Translations under genes and position numbers: made by a program
Part shown: one piece after another, positions 40,301 to 52,970 of the stretch
How positions within the stretch are numbered: position 1 is the first letter of the stretch
How the letters are laid out: each line of letters begins with the position of its first letter
NCBI GenBank assembly: GCA_002269645.1
Contig: NIVC01003718.1
Coordinates: 1-64,000, forward strand
Length of the DNA: 64,000 nt
Origin: Macrostomum lignano
Taxonomy: Eukaryota
Direction of reading: 5' to 3'
Notes under the pieces: model-generated
The model's input: only the letters and a program-made list of their open reading frames with translations
Databases searched by the model: none
Told to the model about the DNA's origin: nothing

Positions 40301-41171
40301 CCCAAATCTTATATATTTGCCAGAATTTCAGTATTTCAGTTTAGATGTGAAAAAATAGTTGGCATGCCATAAAGTATCTAGCATATGGAATAATCTGCCA
40401 GAAAATTGTGCCATAGAGCCAGTATATAGCATAGCTATATAGTGTATAGGCCTAGCTTGTGGTGGATTTAGGAAGGGGGCAAGAGAGTGGCTGCCTTCTC
40501 TCTTGTGGCTAGCAATGATAGTGCCCCCTTTTCCTTTGCCCATAAAAAGCTCCTCACCACCCTTAGTTTGCTTAGTATAGTACCCTTCTAGTTTATTATG
40601 GGGCTATAATATTCTAATGTATATTATAGTGACCTTACTCAGTAAAAATATGCCTCCCATTTTTTATTTCCAAATCTGCCTCTATTATTAAACACTTTCT
40701 TAGTATAGACCTAGGACCTTTCAATAGAAAAGTATAATCATTATGACTATTGCATTCACAATATACTAAATCTTCAATATAATTATACTAAATTACTAAA
40801 AAGATATGAGAATGATTTTTTGTTTTTAAAAATCAAACTTAAATAAAGTAAGTTCTTAATTTATGATGCACAATTTATTGAACTGTTTTAAGTTTAAGAG
40901 TAAGAGAAAGCATAATGGAATTATTTAAATAGTAATTATAAACTAATGAAAACTATAAGACATATGCTAGATATTTTAGTATAAAATTTCCATTCTTTTT
41001 ATCAATACTCAGTTAATATATCTAATAAAATCTCAATATTGCTTCTAGTCAGACTTGTAATATGTTGAAATTTATTGGTTTTAAGATTTTCTAGATCAAA
41101 CTTCAAAAAATATTATCAATGCTATTTTAATGTTATGTCAAATTAGACTAACAATCTCACTTTTGTTTTTC

Positions 41172-44100
41172 ATGATAAAATTGCATAAAATGATCATCAT
41201 AAATGCTAATATTGTTTATATGATGTTTTCTTCAATTGTTGCATTGACCTCTGGTGAAACACTTCGTCTCACTATTGTAAGTTTAAATTTGCAAATTTAG
41301 TCTTTACACTTGTGCACTGTGAATCTTGTTGTATAATGTTCTGTTAATATTTCAGTTTCATATTTTGTTAGTGATTATTAGTTTGTTTTTTTTAAATATT
41401 TTATGAAATTATGAGTGTCCCATCTGTAGACAGCCACTATTATCTAGCTTTTGCTCAAATTCATGTCCACCAAAATTTACAAACCTAGTTTTGCTTCTCG
41501 TACACTAAAGTACCCAAGAAAAGATCCTAAAGGAAGATGTCATTCAATATTTTTTCTACCTGAAGATACCGCCTACCTCTACCTGAAGGTGTCCCTGAAG
41601 ATATCCCCTACCTGAAGATATCCCCTACCTGAAGATATCCCCTACCTGAAGATATCCCCTACCTGAAGATATCCCCTTTCTAAAGATATCCCCTTTCTGA
41701 AGATGTCCCCTACCTGAAAATATCCCCTACCTGAAAATATCCCCTGCCTGAAGATATCCCCTACCTAAAGATGTCCCCTACCTGAAGATATCCCCTACCT
41801 GAAGATATCCCTACCTGAAGATGTCCCCTTCCTGAAGATGTCCCTTTCTGAAGATATCACTTACCTGGGGATGTCCCTAAAGACCTTCCGCTAAAAGCAA
41901 AGGCTGATGTGCACTCTGAAAACTCTGTCATTTTCAGTCCCCTATATATACCCACCCTCCTACTAAAATGCTGTAATGATTACTCGCATTTTAACTGATT
42001 TCAAATTGGCGCCCAAAATTTGCATTGGTCAGGCCGACAGAGAGCTTAACGGTACTTTAGTTGGCCTGTGTAACGCTGAGACAGCAAGGTTTGGCCCAAC
42101 TGAAGATTTCTATTCTATTACTGTGAGTAGTGCTGTGGTATTTGAAATTTGCTTTCGTATTAAACACTTATTAGATGACGAGGCATCAGTGTGTATAAAT
42201 ACTGTCATAGTTACTCTCGCCGTTTACCCTAATTGACCAATGTTATTTTGTTGAAGGGCGTGGTGGTCAACGCTGCTCCAATTAACGGCTGCGAGCCGCT
42301 GCAGCCACCGCCTTATCCGCGCAACGATTCGCTGGTTTGGATCGCCCTTCTAGCCAGAGATTCAGGCGCCAGCGGCTGCTACTTTGATAGGAAAATTCTC
42401 AACGCACAGAAGGCCGGATTTGGAGCTGCTCTCATTTATAACTATGAGAACACTATAAACGCTATGCAGGCCTCTAGTCGTGAGTTGTTCTTATTCCATT
42501 TAATTTAGTTTTATTCGTTGCTATAGAAACTAATATTAATGATGCTTGTGTTGCTAAGCAATTCGAGTCGAGGCTGTGGGTAAGGAATTATTATTTAGTA
42601 TTGGTGCGTTCGTTGCTATGGTAAATAGCATCGTAGCTGTTAGTTGCTAGGGCGACTATTTCCAGTGATTTGGTTTCTAGGGGACTGCTGTCAGTGCTTT
42701 GGTTGCTAGAGCGAATATTGCCTGTTTTTTGGTTGCTAGGGAGAATGTTGTCGGTTGGTTGCTAGGGCGAATGTTGTCGGTTGGTGCTAGGGAAAGTGTT
42801 GTCGGTTGGTTGCTAGGGAGAATGTTGTCGGTTGGTTGCTAGGGCGAGTGTTGTCGGTTGGTTGCTAGGGCGAATGTTGTCGGTTGGTTGCTAGGGCGAA
42901 TGTTGTCGGTTGGTTGCTAGGGAGAATGTTGTCGTTTGGTTGTTATAGAGAGTGTTGTCGGTTGGTTGCTAGGGCGAATGTTGTTGGTTGGTTGCTAGGG
43001 AGAATTGCCAGTGTTTTTGTAGCTCGTAGTGTCAGTGGTTTAGTTGCTAGGGTAAATAGTGTCATTGGTTTGGTTGTTAGGGGGAAATGTATCGATGCTG
43101 TGGTTCCTAAGGAGAAAGAGTGCCAGTGCATTGGTCGCTAATGAGACTGGTATCTCTGTTTGTGTTGCCATGTGAAGCAGAGCCTCTTGATACGTCTTAT
43201 TGAATTGCCGAAAAATATTCCAGTTGGCAGCAAAGTGCTCATCCCTGCTGCCATGGTAACGCGCTCCTGTGGCACGCTTCTGCAAGAGAAGTTTGTCTAC
43301 AGTCCAGAGCGGGATTCCCGGTTCAATGTGGCATTTCGCGAGTACTTCAGCTTCGATTTCAACGTCTACGTGATCTCCTTTGTGGCTATTATCTGCACCA
43401 GCTTCATTCTGTTCGCTCTGCTCTGGGTGAGTCTATTATCTGCACCAGCTTCATTCTGTTCGCTCTGCTCTGGGTGAGTCTATTATCTGCACCAGCTTCA
43501 TTCTGTTCGCTCTGCTCTGGGTGAGTCTATTATCTGCACCAGCTTCATTCTGTTCGCTCTGCTCTGGGTGAGTCTATTATCTGCACCAGCTTCATTCTGT
43601 TCGCTCTGCTCTGGGTGAGTCTATTATCTGCACCGGCTTCATTCTGTTCGCTCTGCTCTGGGTGAGTCTACATGCAAAAATGGCACATTAACAAGAAAAA
43701 AATGCAAATTGACAAGCAAAAATGGCACATCAACAAGAAAAAATGCAAATTGACAAGCAAAAATAGCACATCAACAAGAAAAAAATGCAAATTGACAAGC
43801 AAAAATGGTTTGAGAGCTTGAGAATTTCGCCTACAAACTTGCAGACTGGCTGGCTTATTCATTATACAACAATATCTACAAGCAAAAAATGGCACATCTG
43901 CAAACAAAAGTGGCACATCTACATACATGCGCAAAGTCGGCCGAGTCGGCCGATTCGGCCGACCGATTTGGCGGCCAACCAAAGAAGTCGCAAAAATGCC
44001 CACCCGAAAAAAACACCCCAAGTAGTAGTACTAAGTAGCTGACGAGGCATTTTGGCTTAACAAGACAGTCATAGTTACTCTTGCCGTTTACCCAAAGTTG

Positions 44101-46269
44101 CGTTAATTTTGCTCTAGGGTTTTTTACATGTAAGTCACATTTTTGGCCAAAAACTAAGTCGCACGGCCGACCGAATTTTGGAGGATGCGCATGTATGCAC
44201 ATCTACAAGCAAAAATGGCACATCTGCACATCTACAAGCAAAAATGGCATATCAGAACCCAAAACTGGCAAATTCACAATCAAAATTGACCCACCTTCTG
44301 AATTGCTGAATTCCGCTAGGCATTCCGCTGGATTCGCGACCGGCGCATCAGACAGCGAAGCCGTCTGTCTCGGTCCAGTTTGAAAAAGCTTAAAGTGAAA
44401 AAGTTTGATAAGGGTGAGCAGTTTTATTTTTAATATTGGTTCAACAGCTTCATTACTGTTCTCTGTTGTCTGTAGTTCATTATAATCATTGGCCGAATTC
44501 CTATTATAACAACACATTGGCTGGCAGGCACTGATCCCTACGAGTGCTGCGCAATCTGTCTGGAAGACTTTGAGCCTGGCGACAAGCTCAGAATTCTGCC
44601 GTGCAACCATGGTGAGTAACTCGTTTGGATTGAGACATTTGGGACAGTGGGATCTGCGACTTCAGGAGGTTCAAGATATGAGAGTTAGGGTGAGATATGA
44701 GAGTTAGGGAGAGATATGAGATATAGAGTGAGATATGAGACTTCGAGAGAGATATGAGACTTCGAATGAGATATGAGACTTCGAGTGAGATATGAGACTT
44801 CGAGTGAGAAATGAGACTTCGAGTGAGATATGAGATTAAAGGTGATATATGAGTCTAAGGGTGAGAATATGAGACCTAAAAATGGATGATTCGACTTTTT
44901 CTCGAGAATCAAGCGCGCGTTAGCCACTATGGCCACCCGCCCGGACACCCGCAGCCTACCACATGAAGTGCATCGATCCCTGGCTACTGAAGAATCGCAG
45001 CTGCTGCCCAGTCTGCAAGCGTCGCGTTTTCCCGCGTCAACCCGGCGAAGCCGCCGAAGAAGGCGACTCCGACGTCGAGTCCGGCGCCGGCGCCAATTCC
45101 AATGGCGCCGAGTCGATCGGCGGGACGTCGGGCGCGGGCGCCGTTGGAGCCGCAGCCCCTGTTGCCGCCGTCGCTGGCGCGGAGACCGGAAACGCCGGAA
45201 ACGCCGGAAGCAGCGGTGGGCGAGCGGACGGCGAGCGAACGCCACTGCTGTCGTCGTCCAACTCTTCGAGCGTCGCTAGCGGAGGCAGCTTCGGCGCGGT
45301 CGGCTCAAGCGGCGCCCGGGCAGCTTTCGACAATCCGGGTAGGCTGTTAGACTATTGGGTCATTGTCTCCGGTTTTGGGTCATTGTACTCGGTTTTGGGT
45401 CATTGTCCCCGGTTTTGGGTCATTTTCCCAGTTTTTGGGTCATTGTACTCGGTTTTGGGTCATTGTCCCCGGTTTTGGGTCATTGCCCTCGGTTTAGGGT
45501 CATTGTCCCCGGTTTTGGGTCATTGTCCTCGGTTTTGGGTTATTGTCCTCGGTTTTGGGTCATTGGGCCAGCCTCCTAGAATGTCAGTTACTGGGCCAGC
45601 CTCCCAGAGTGTCAGTTGCTGGGCCAGCCTCCCAGAGGGTCGGTTGCTGGGCCAGCCTCCCAGAGTGTCAGTTGCTGGGCCAGCCTCTCAGAGTGTCAGT
45701 TGCTGGGCCAGCCTCCCAGAGTGTCAGTTGCTGGGCCAGCCTCCCAGAGTGTCAGTTGCTGGGCCAGCCTCCCAGAGTGTCAGTTGCTGGGCCAGCCTCC
45801 CAGAGTGTCAGTTGCTGGGCCAGCCTCCCAGAGTGTCAGTTGCTGGGCCAGCCTCTCAGAGTGTCAGTTGCTGGGCCAGCCTCCCAGAGTGTCAGTTGCT
45901 GGGCCAGCCTCCCAGAGTGTCAGTTGCTGGGCCAGCCTCTCAGGCCGTTGCCTTCATGATTTCACAATTATTAAATCTCACTGATCAGCTCTACACCTGC
46001 AAGACGAACTGGCATCGGCTCTGGCTGACACCGCATCCGCGATTCCTGATGATGTGACCCGCTCTGAGCAGCAACAGCATAGCAACGGCGGTTCCAGTTT
46101 GAGCAGCTGCAGCAGCAGCAGCACCGTTTCAGTCACTTCTCTGACCACCAGCGCTGATGGTCAGGTTGAAGAAGACGGCCATCATCAACAATCTGTCGAA
46201 GTGCTGGCCGAGGTGTGCGTTCATCAACCTGACGAAGCCGGCTCCAAGAATGAGAACCCGCGAGTGTGA
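41172..46269 (+). CDS. RNF13: PA-TM-RING E3 ubiquitin ligase (RNF13/RNF167/godzilla family), 8 coding exons
   Basis: Exons 41172-41276 (tentative signal peptide), 42033-42122, 42257-42479, 43224-43426, 44320-44413, 44528-44611, 44955-45338 and 46004 (or 45989)-46269. PA domain: ARFGP..., NGCEPLQPPP, FDRKILNAQKAGFGAALIYN, IPAAMV. A TM helix, a basic RDRRIRQRSRL patch and a RING-H2 (CAICLEDFEPGDKLRILPCNH|AYHMKCIDPWLLKNRSCCPVCK) follow. Confidence 0.92.
41570..41880. repeat. 17-bp intronic minisatellite
   Basis: Unit cctgaagatatccccta. Confidence 0.92.
42165..42229 (+). ncRNA. Candidate intronic RNA antisense to 28S rRNA H69-H71, copy 1
   Basis: The reverse complement matches conserved 28S GGGTAAACGGCGGGAGTAACTATGAC at 25/26 (42204-42229) and ATGCCTCGTCATCTAATTAGTG at 21/22 (42165-42186), with a non-matching 17-nt centre. 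It lies in the 134-nt intron 2. The rRNA match is solid; function as an RNA is inferred. Confidence 0.5.
42690..43030. repeat. 26-bp intronic minisatellite
   Basis: Unit gttgtcggttggttgctagggcgaat. Confidence 0.9.
43387..43668 (+). repeat. 47-bp x6 tandem repeat spanning the exon 4 / intron 4 boundary
   Basis: Unit tattatctgcaccagcttcattctgttcgctctgctctgg|gtgagtc; donors at 43427, 43474, 43521, 43568, 43615 and 43662. Confidence 0.96.
44030..44093 (+). ncRNA. Candidate intronic RNA antisense to 28S rRNA H69-H71, copy 2
   Basis: The same two arms match at 24/26 (44068-44093) and 19/21 (44030-44050), again with a 17-nt centre, here partly complementary. It lies in intron 4. Confidence 0.5.
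44680..44880. repeat. 19-bp intronic minisatellite
   Basis: Unit gagatatgagacttcgagt. Confidence 0.88.
45350..45945. repeat. Adjacent 20-bp and 28-bp minisatellites filling intron 7
   Basis: ttttgggtcattgtccccgg (45350-45560), then gctgggccagcctcccagagtgtcagtt (45565-45945). Confidence 0.93.
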
Positions 46270-46544
46270 TCGGCTCCTCTGATATATAATAAATAAGAGA
46301 TGCTATGACTAACTTTCATGCGCACCGTATACTACTGCGGCTAATGTTTCATATTTTCTATTGTTGTTGCTGTAATTAAGCAGAGTTTGCGTAGATTTTA
46401 TGTAATAGTATGAGTAATACGAGTTAGTCGAATCTATTTTTGTTATTGATTTTTTTTTCAGAAGCAAACAGAATTGTCTTGCTGTTTATTTATAACTCAA
46501 TAAATCTTTGTAGGACTCTAAGATCTAATGATCCTAAAGTCTTG

Positions 46545-46850
46545 ATAACTGCTAATCCTATGATTAAATAATCCTATGATCCAAAAATCCCATAATCCAA
46601 AAATCCCATGATCAAATAATCTCATGATCAAATAATCCTATGATAAAAAATCCCATGATTCGAAAATCCCATGATAAAATATCCCATGATCAAATAATCC
46701 CATGATCCAAAAGTCCCACGATAAAAAATCCCATGATCAAATAATCCCATTAACAAAAAGTCTCATAATCATATAATCCCATGGTAAAAAATCCCATGAT
46801 CAAATAATCACATGATTCAAAAATCCCATGTTCACAATGACCCAGGATCC
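46545..46850. repeat. Degenerate ~15-bp repeat
   Basis: Variants of aaaaatcccatgatc. Confidence 0.8.
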
Positions 46851-48014
46851 CGTTATCCTAAGATTAAGATGCCTTTTAATCCCATGACCGAATGATCATG
46901 TATGATTCAAAGATTCGACGAAAGGATTTTATTGCATGTGTATAATGCCTTCTCTGATCTCAAGACGAAGACAGTGTGGCAACCGATTACAATTTGTTTT
47001 TTTTTCTTTAACCCTACTCACAGTAGTATCAACAAGTTTTTGTTGAATTTCTCGCCACTTAAATTAACTTACATACCATCAGTCAGTGTACACAATTTGT
47101 TTATGTTTTTATTACTGCGCTTTCTAAGAAAAACTATTTTAACTCGTAATTAATTCATCAAAACATTCTCTCTTTTATTGTTTTGTGCGTGCGTTTAAAT
47201 TTGTTTAATTTTTTTTTTTGTTTATACATCTGCTCCAATTAATTGTCTATAAATTTGTCTTTATTTTTGCTTGATCCGCGAGTGTGCTGTTTGAATTGCA
47301 ATATGTGTAAAAATAATTAGTGCGTCATTGCGTCATTCAATATCAATCTACAAGTAGAGCCATTACTAGAGTTGTAATATTCTCTATTACAAAAATGATT
47401 TCATTTCGTTGTGTCTTAATATTTTCTTGTATTTTTTACATTTTATTTTGCGTTTTTGGTAAGAAGCTTTAAAAATTTTATTACATACAGTATCTTAAAT
47501 AGCCAGTTGATTTCAAGTTAGTGGCACAATGATTTTTAAGTTGTCAAGAGAATTTTATGGCTCACGCCATCTTGATGCAATTCTAATAAAGCAATTATTA
47601 CTCATATTTCCTAATAAAAAACTGTATTTTATCGAGTTTTGTATTGTGCAGAAGAGCTAGTTAGCTTACATTTCGGCTGCAAAGTCTCCCACTGTGCCCC
47701 ATACGCACCATTTCGCTTTAGTTTGGGAGTTTTTCAATTTGTAAAATAACTCAATTATTTTTTGTTAACTGAGTGCTCGCTTCAACAATTTTATAAGCAA
47801 ATAAAAGGAAATATTGATTGATTGATTGATTACCTTACTCGGAAAGAATATTCAGATTTTATAAAATTTGTTTATTTAAAAAACAACGCTCGATTTGTTA
47901 TATTTTTGTCTTGCATTTTTTGCTTGATTGTGATTGACCATTAACTGTCATAAAAATTGCTGACGATTTTTTCCTATAAGTATTGTTCACAGATTTCGAG
48001 AGGTCTTCTAAACT

Positions 48015-51000
48015 TTTCTAAGAATCGCACACAGTATGCTATCAGTTTCCCGCAATATTGTAACAATCGCACACAATATCCTAAGAATCGCCCATAATAT
48101 CCTGAGAATCGCCCAAAATATCCTAATAATCGTATAAGATATCCTGAGAATCGCACACAATATCCTGAGAATCGCCCAAAATATCCTAATAATCGTATAA
48201 GATATCCTAAGAATAGCACACAATATCCTGAGAATCGCACACAATATCCTAAGAATCGCACACAATATCCTAAGAATCGCACACAATATCCTAAGAATCG
48301 CACACAATATCCTAAGAATCGCACACAATATCCTAAGAATCGGACACAATATCCTAAGAATCGGACACAATATCCTAAGAATCGGACACAATATCCTAAG
48401 AATCGGACACAATATCCTAAGAATCGGACACAATATCCTAAGAATCGGACACAATATCCTAAGAATCGCACACAATATCATAAGAATCGCACACAATATC
48501 CTAAGAATCGGACACAATATCCTAAGAATCGGACACAATATCCTAAGAATCGGACACAATATCCTAAGAATCGCACACAATATCCTAAGAATCGGACACA
48601 ATATCCTAAGAATCGCACACAATATCCTAAGAATCGTATAAGATATCCTGAGAATCGCACACAATATCCTGAGAATCGCCCAAAATATCCTAATAATCGT
48701 ATAAGATATCCTAAGAATAGCACACAATATCCTGAGAATCGCACAAAATATCCTAAAAATCGCACACAATATCCTAAGAATCGCACACAATATCCTAAGA
48801 ATCGCACACAATATCCTAAGAATCGACACAATATCCTAAGAATCGCACACAATATCCTAAGAATCGGACACAATATCCTAAGAATCGGACACAATATCCT
48901 AAGAATCGCATACAATATCCTAAGAATCGCACACAATATCCTAAGAATCGGACACAATATCCTAAGAATCGGACACAATATCCTAAGAATCGGACACAAT
49001 ATCCTAAGAATCGGACACAATATCCTAAGAATCGCACACAATATCCTAAGAATCGCATACAATATGCTGAGAATCGCACACAATATCCTAAGAATCGTCC
49101 ACAATATGCTGAGAGTTGCACACAATATCCTAAGAATCGCCCACAATATCATAAGAATCGGACACAATATCCTAAGAATCGGACACAATATCCTAAAAAT
49201 CGGACACAATATCCTAAAAATCGCACACAATATCCTAAGAATCGCACACAATATCCTAAGAATCGCACATAATATCATATGAATCGCACACAATATCCTA
49301 AGAATCGGACACAATATCCTAAGAATCGGACACAATATCCTAAGAATCGGACACAATATCCTAAGAATCGCACACAATATCCTAAGAATCGCATACAATA
49401 TGCTGAGAATCGCACACAATATCCTAAGAATCGTCCACAATATGCTGAGAGTTGCACACAATATCCTAAGAATCGGACACAATATCCTAAGAATCGGACA
49501 CAATATCCTAAGAATCGGACACAATATCCTAAAAATCGGACACAATATCCTAAAAATCGCACACAATATCCTAAGAATCGCACACAATATCCTAAGAATC
49601 GCACACAATATCATATGAATCGCACACAATATCCTAAGAATCGCACACAATATCCTAAGAATCGGACACAATATCCTAAGAATCGGACACAATATCCTAA
49701 GAATCGCACACAATATCCTAAGAATCGCATACAATATGCTGAGAATCGCACACAATATCCTAAGAATCGTCCACAATATGCTGAGAGTTGCACACAATAT
49801 CCTAAGAATCGGACACAATATCCTAAGAATCGCACACAATATCCTAAGAATCGTATAAGATATCCTGAGAATCGCACACAATATCCTGAGAATCGCCCAA
49901 AATATCCTAATAATCGTATAAGATATCCTAAGAATAGCACACAATATCCTAAGAATCGCACAAAATATCCTAAAAATCGCACACAATATCCTAAGAATCG
50001 CACACAATATCCTAAGAATCGCACACAATATCCTAAGAATCGGACACAATATCCTAAGAATCGCACACAATATCCTAAGAATCGGACACAATATCCTAAG
50101 AATCGGACACAATATCCTAAGAATCGCATACAATATCCTAAGAATCGCACACAATATCCTAAGAATCGGACACAATATCCTAAGAATCGGACACAATATC
50201 CTAAGAATCGAACACAATATCCTAAGAATCGGACACAATATCCTAAGAATCGCACACAATATCCTAAGAATCGCATACAATATGCTGAGAATCGCACACA
50301 ATATCCTAAGAATCGTCCACAATATGCTGAGAGTTGCACACAATATCCTAAGAATCGCCCACAATATCATAAGAATCGGACACAATATCCTAAGAATCGG
50401 ACACAATATCCTAAAAATCGCACACAATATCCTAAGAATCGCACACAATATCCTAAGAATCGCACATAATATCATATGAATCGCACACAATATCCTAAGA
50501 ATCGGACACAATATCCTAAGAATCGGACACAATATCCTAAGAATCGGACACAATATCCTAAGAATCGCACACAATATCCTAAGAATCGCATACAATATGC
50601 TGAGAATCGCACACAATATCCTAAGAATCGTCCACAATATGCTGAGAGTTGCACACAATATCCTAAGAATCGCCCACAATATCATAAGAATCGCACACAA
50701 TATCCTAAGAATCGCACACAATATCCTAAGAATCGCACACAATATCCTAAGAATCGCACACAATATCCTAAGAATCGGACACAATATCCTAAGAATCGGA
50801 CACAATATCCTAAGAATCGGACACAATATCCTAAGAATCGGACACAATATCCTAAGAATCGGACACAATATCCTAAGAATCGGACACAATATCCTAAGAA
50901 TCGCACACAATATCATAAGAATCGCACACAATATCCTAAGAATCGCACACAATATCCTAAGAATCGGACACAATATCCTAAGAATCGCACACAATATCAT

Positions 51001-51810
51001 AAGAATCGCACACAATATCCTAAGAATCGCACACAATATCATAAGAATCGCACACAATATCCTAAGAATCGGACACAATATCCTAAGAATCAGACACAAT
51101 ATCCTAAGAATCGCACACAATATCATAAGAATCGCACACAATATCCTAAGAATCGCACACAATATCATAAGAATCGCACACAATATCCTAAGAATCGCAT
51201 ACAATATCCTAAGAATCGGACACAATATCCTAAAAATCGGACACAATATCCTAAAAATCGGACACAATATCCTAAGAATCGCACACAATATCCTAAGAAT
51301 CGCATACAATATCCTAAGAATCGTCCACAATATGCTGAGAGTTGCACACAATATCCTAAGAATCGCCCACAATATCATAAGAATCGGACACAATATGCTG
51401 AGAGTTGCACACAATATCCTAAGAATCGCCCACAATATCATAAGAATCGGACACAATATGCTGAGAGTTGCACACAATATCCTAAGAATCGCACACAATA
51501 TCCTAAGAATCGGACACAATATCCTAAGAATTGGACACAATATCCTAAGAATCGCATACAATATCCTAAGAATCGTCCACAATATGCTGAGAGTTGCACA
51601 CAATATCCTAAGAATCGCCCACAATATCATAAGAATCGGACACAATATGCTGAGAGTTGCACACAATATCCTAAGAATCGCCCACAATATCATAAGAATC
51701 GGACACAATATCCTAAGAATCGGACACAATATCCTAAGAATCGCACACAATATCCTAAGAATCGCACATAATATCATATGAATCGCACACAATATCCTAA
51801 GGATCACATA
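48015..51810. repeat. 3.8-kb array of a 21-bp unit with higher-order structure
   Basis: Unit aagaatcgcacacaatatcct; diagnostic variant blocks recur at 49064, 49400, 49736, 50282 and 50597. Confidence 0.97.
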
Positions 51811-52923
51811 CAATCTTCTTTAAAAGAATCTCATAATTTCTTGTCTTAGCTAAAGTTTTACTGGTTAGGTAATACTTTCCAGACTCGTATATATAAACCT
51901 TAGTAGCTTAATTTGCTACTCTATAGCAGCTGGGTGAGCTGGAGACAATCTTTACTCATGGTAGGCTGCCTTACAAGATGACTAACCACGGAGAACTCCG
52001 ATTAACTTGCGGGTGCTTGCAACGAATGCTGTGACCAGTGGAGTTACACAAGATCGCCTACATAAAAAGAGTATCATCTTGCATTTTTAATCACGGCCGT
52101 GGCTGGAATATCGCAACCCTAATATAGGCTTTGGTGAGGATCGGGCCAAATCATAATTTGAAGATAGCCGGAAGTGGCCGCCGAGTTGCTGCTGTTTCTG
52201 ACTCTGCGGGGGTTGGTGGACAGCTAGAGAAGAGGTGGGTTCGTTTCCGCAGTCTCTCTTCTAGTTGAAGTCAGAGGGAAAGAAAGCCTCGCTCACTTGT
52301 TATGAAGAAGATTCTGTCTCTCTCTCCGTTCGCGAAATTGGCTTCGACTCGGCTTAATCCCGCGCCTCACCTCGGATAATACAGCCCGAGCGAAGGGATC
52401 GGCCCGTGAGCGATCCTCTCTCCGCTCTCCTCTCCTGAAATGGATTTTTTTATTTTTATTGAAGACGGCCTCTCCAGCTTAATTGGGTAGGTCAGCAGAG
52501 AGAAGGAGAGAGCGCGCGCCCCTGCGCTAAGGACGGTTATCAATTACCGTCCTATATGCTGCATGCCTTTCTAAGGACTTCGGCTCAGAGACTTGAGTCC
52601 TTATCCTTGCCAATATCTCTAGGCTCAGTGTGAAGAATGCCGGCCAAACCCCTTCATCCTCCCCTGATTTTCTCTCCGTGTGCGTCTGGGTGTCTGGCCA
52701 GTCATAGAGAGAAGCTTTCAAGTTTGCCTGCAGAATGATATATTATGATGGAGAACTGATGTTTTGCATCTTTGAAGCAGAGCCTGTCGTACGTTCAGTA
52801 CTTATCTGTTGGCCTCTGTCCCTCATGGCCGGATCAATTAATAAACCTGCGTCTTGGCCGTCCTCCAGAAGCTTCTCTTAGTCTTAAGTGGGCTAGTTCC
52901 AGCTGCTGCAGCCTGCCAGAAAG

Positions 52924-52970
<47 letters not shown>

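Noticed and set aside
42165-44093. Interpreting the paired intronic motif as a SECIS, hammerhead, or standard C/D or H/ACA snoRNA
   Set aside because: There is no GA quartet partner or GAAA core. A TTGA sits at D-box distance only in copy 1, and no consistent boxes are shared by both copies.
47974-51813. Very long ORFs (up to 1111 aa) on both strands
   Set aside because: They are stop-free frames of a 21-bp tandem array, with no splice context or domain content.
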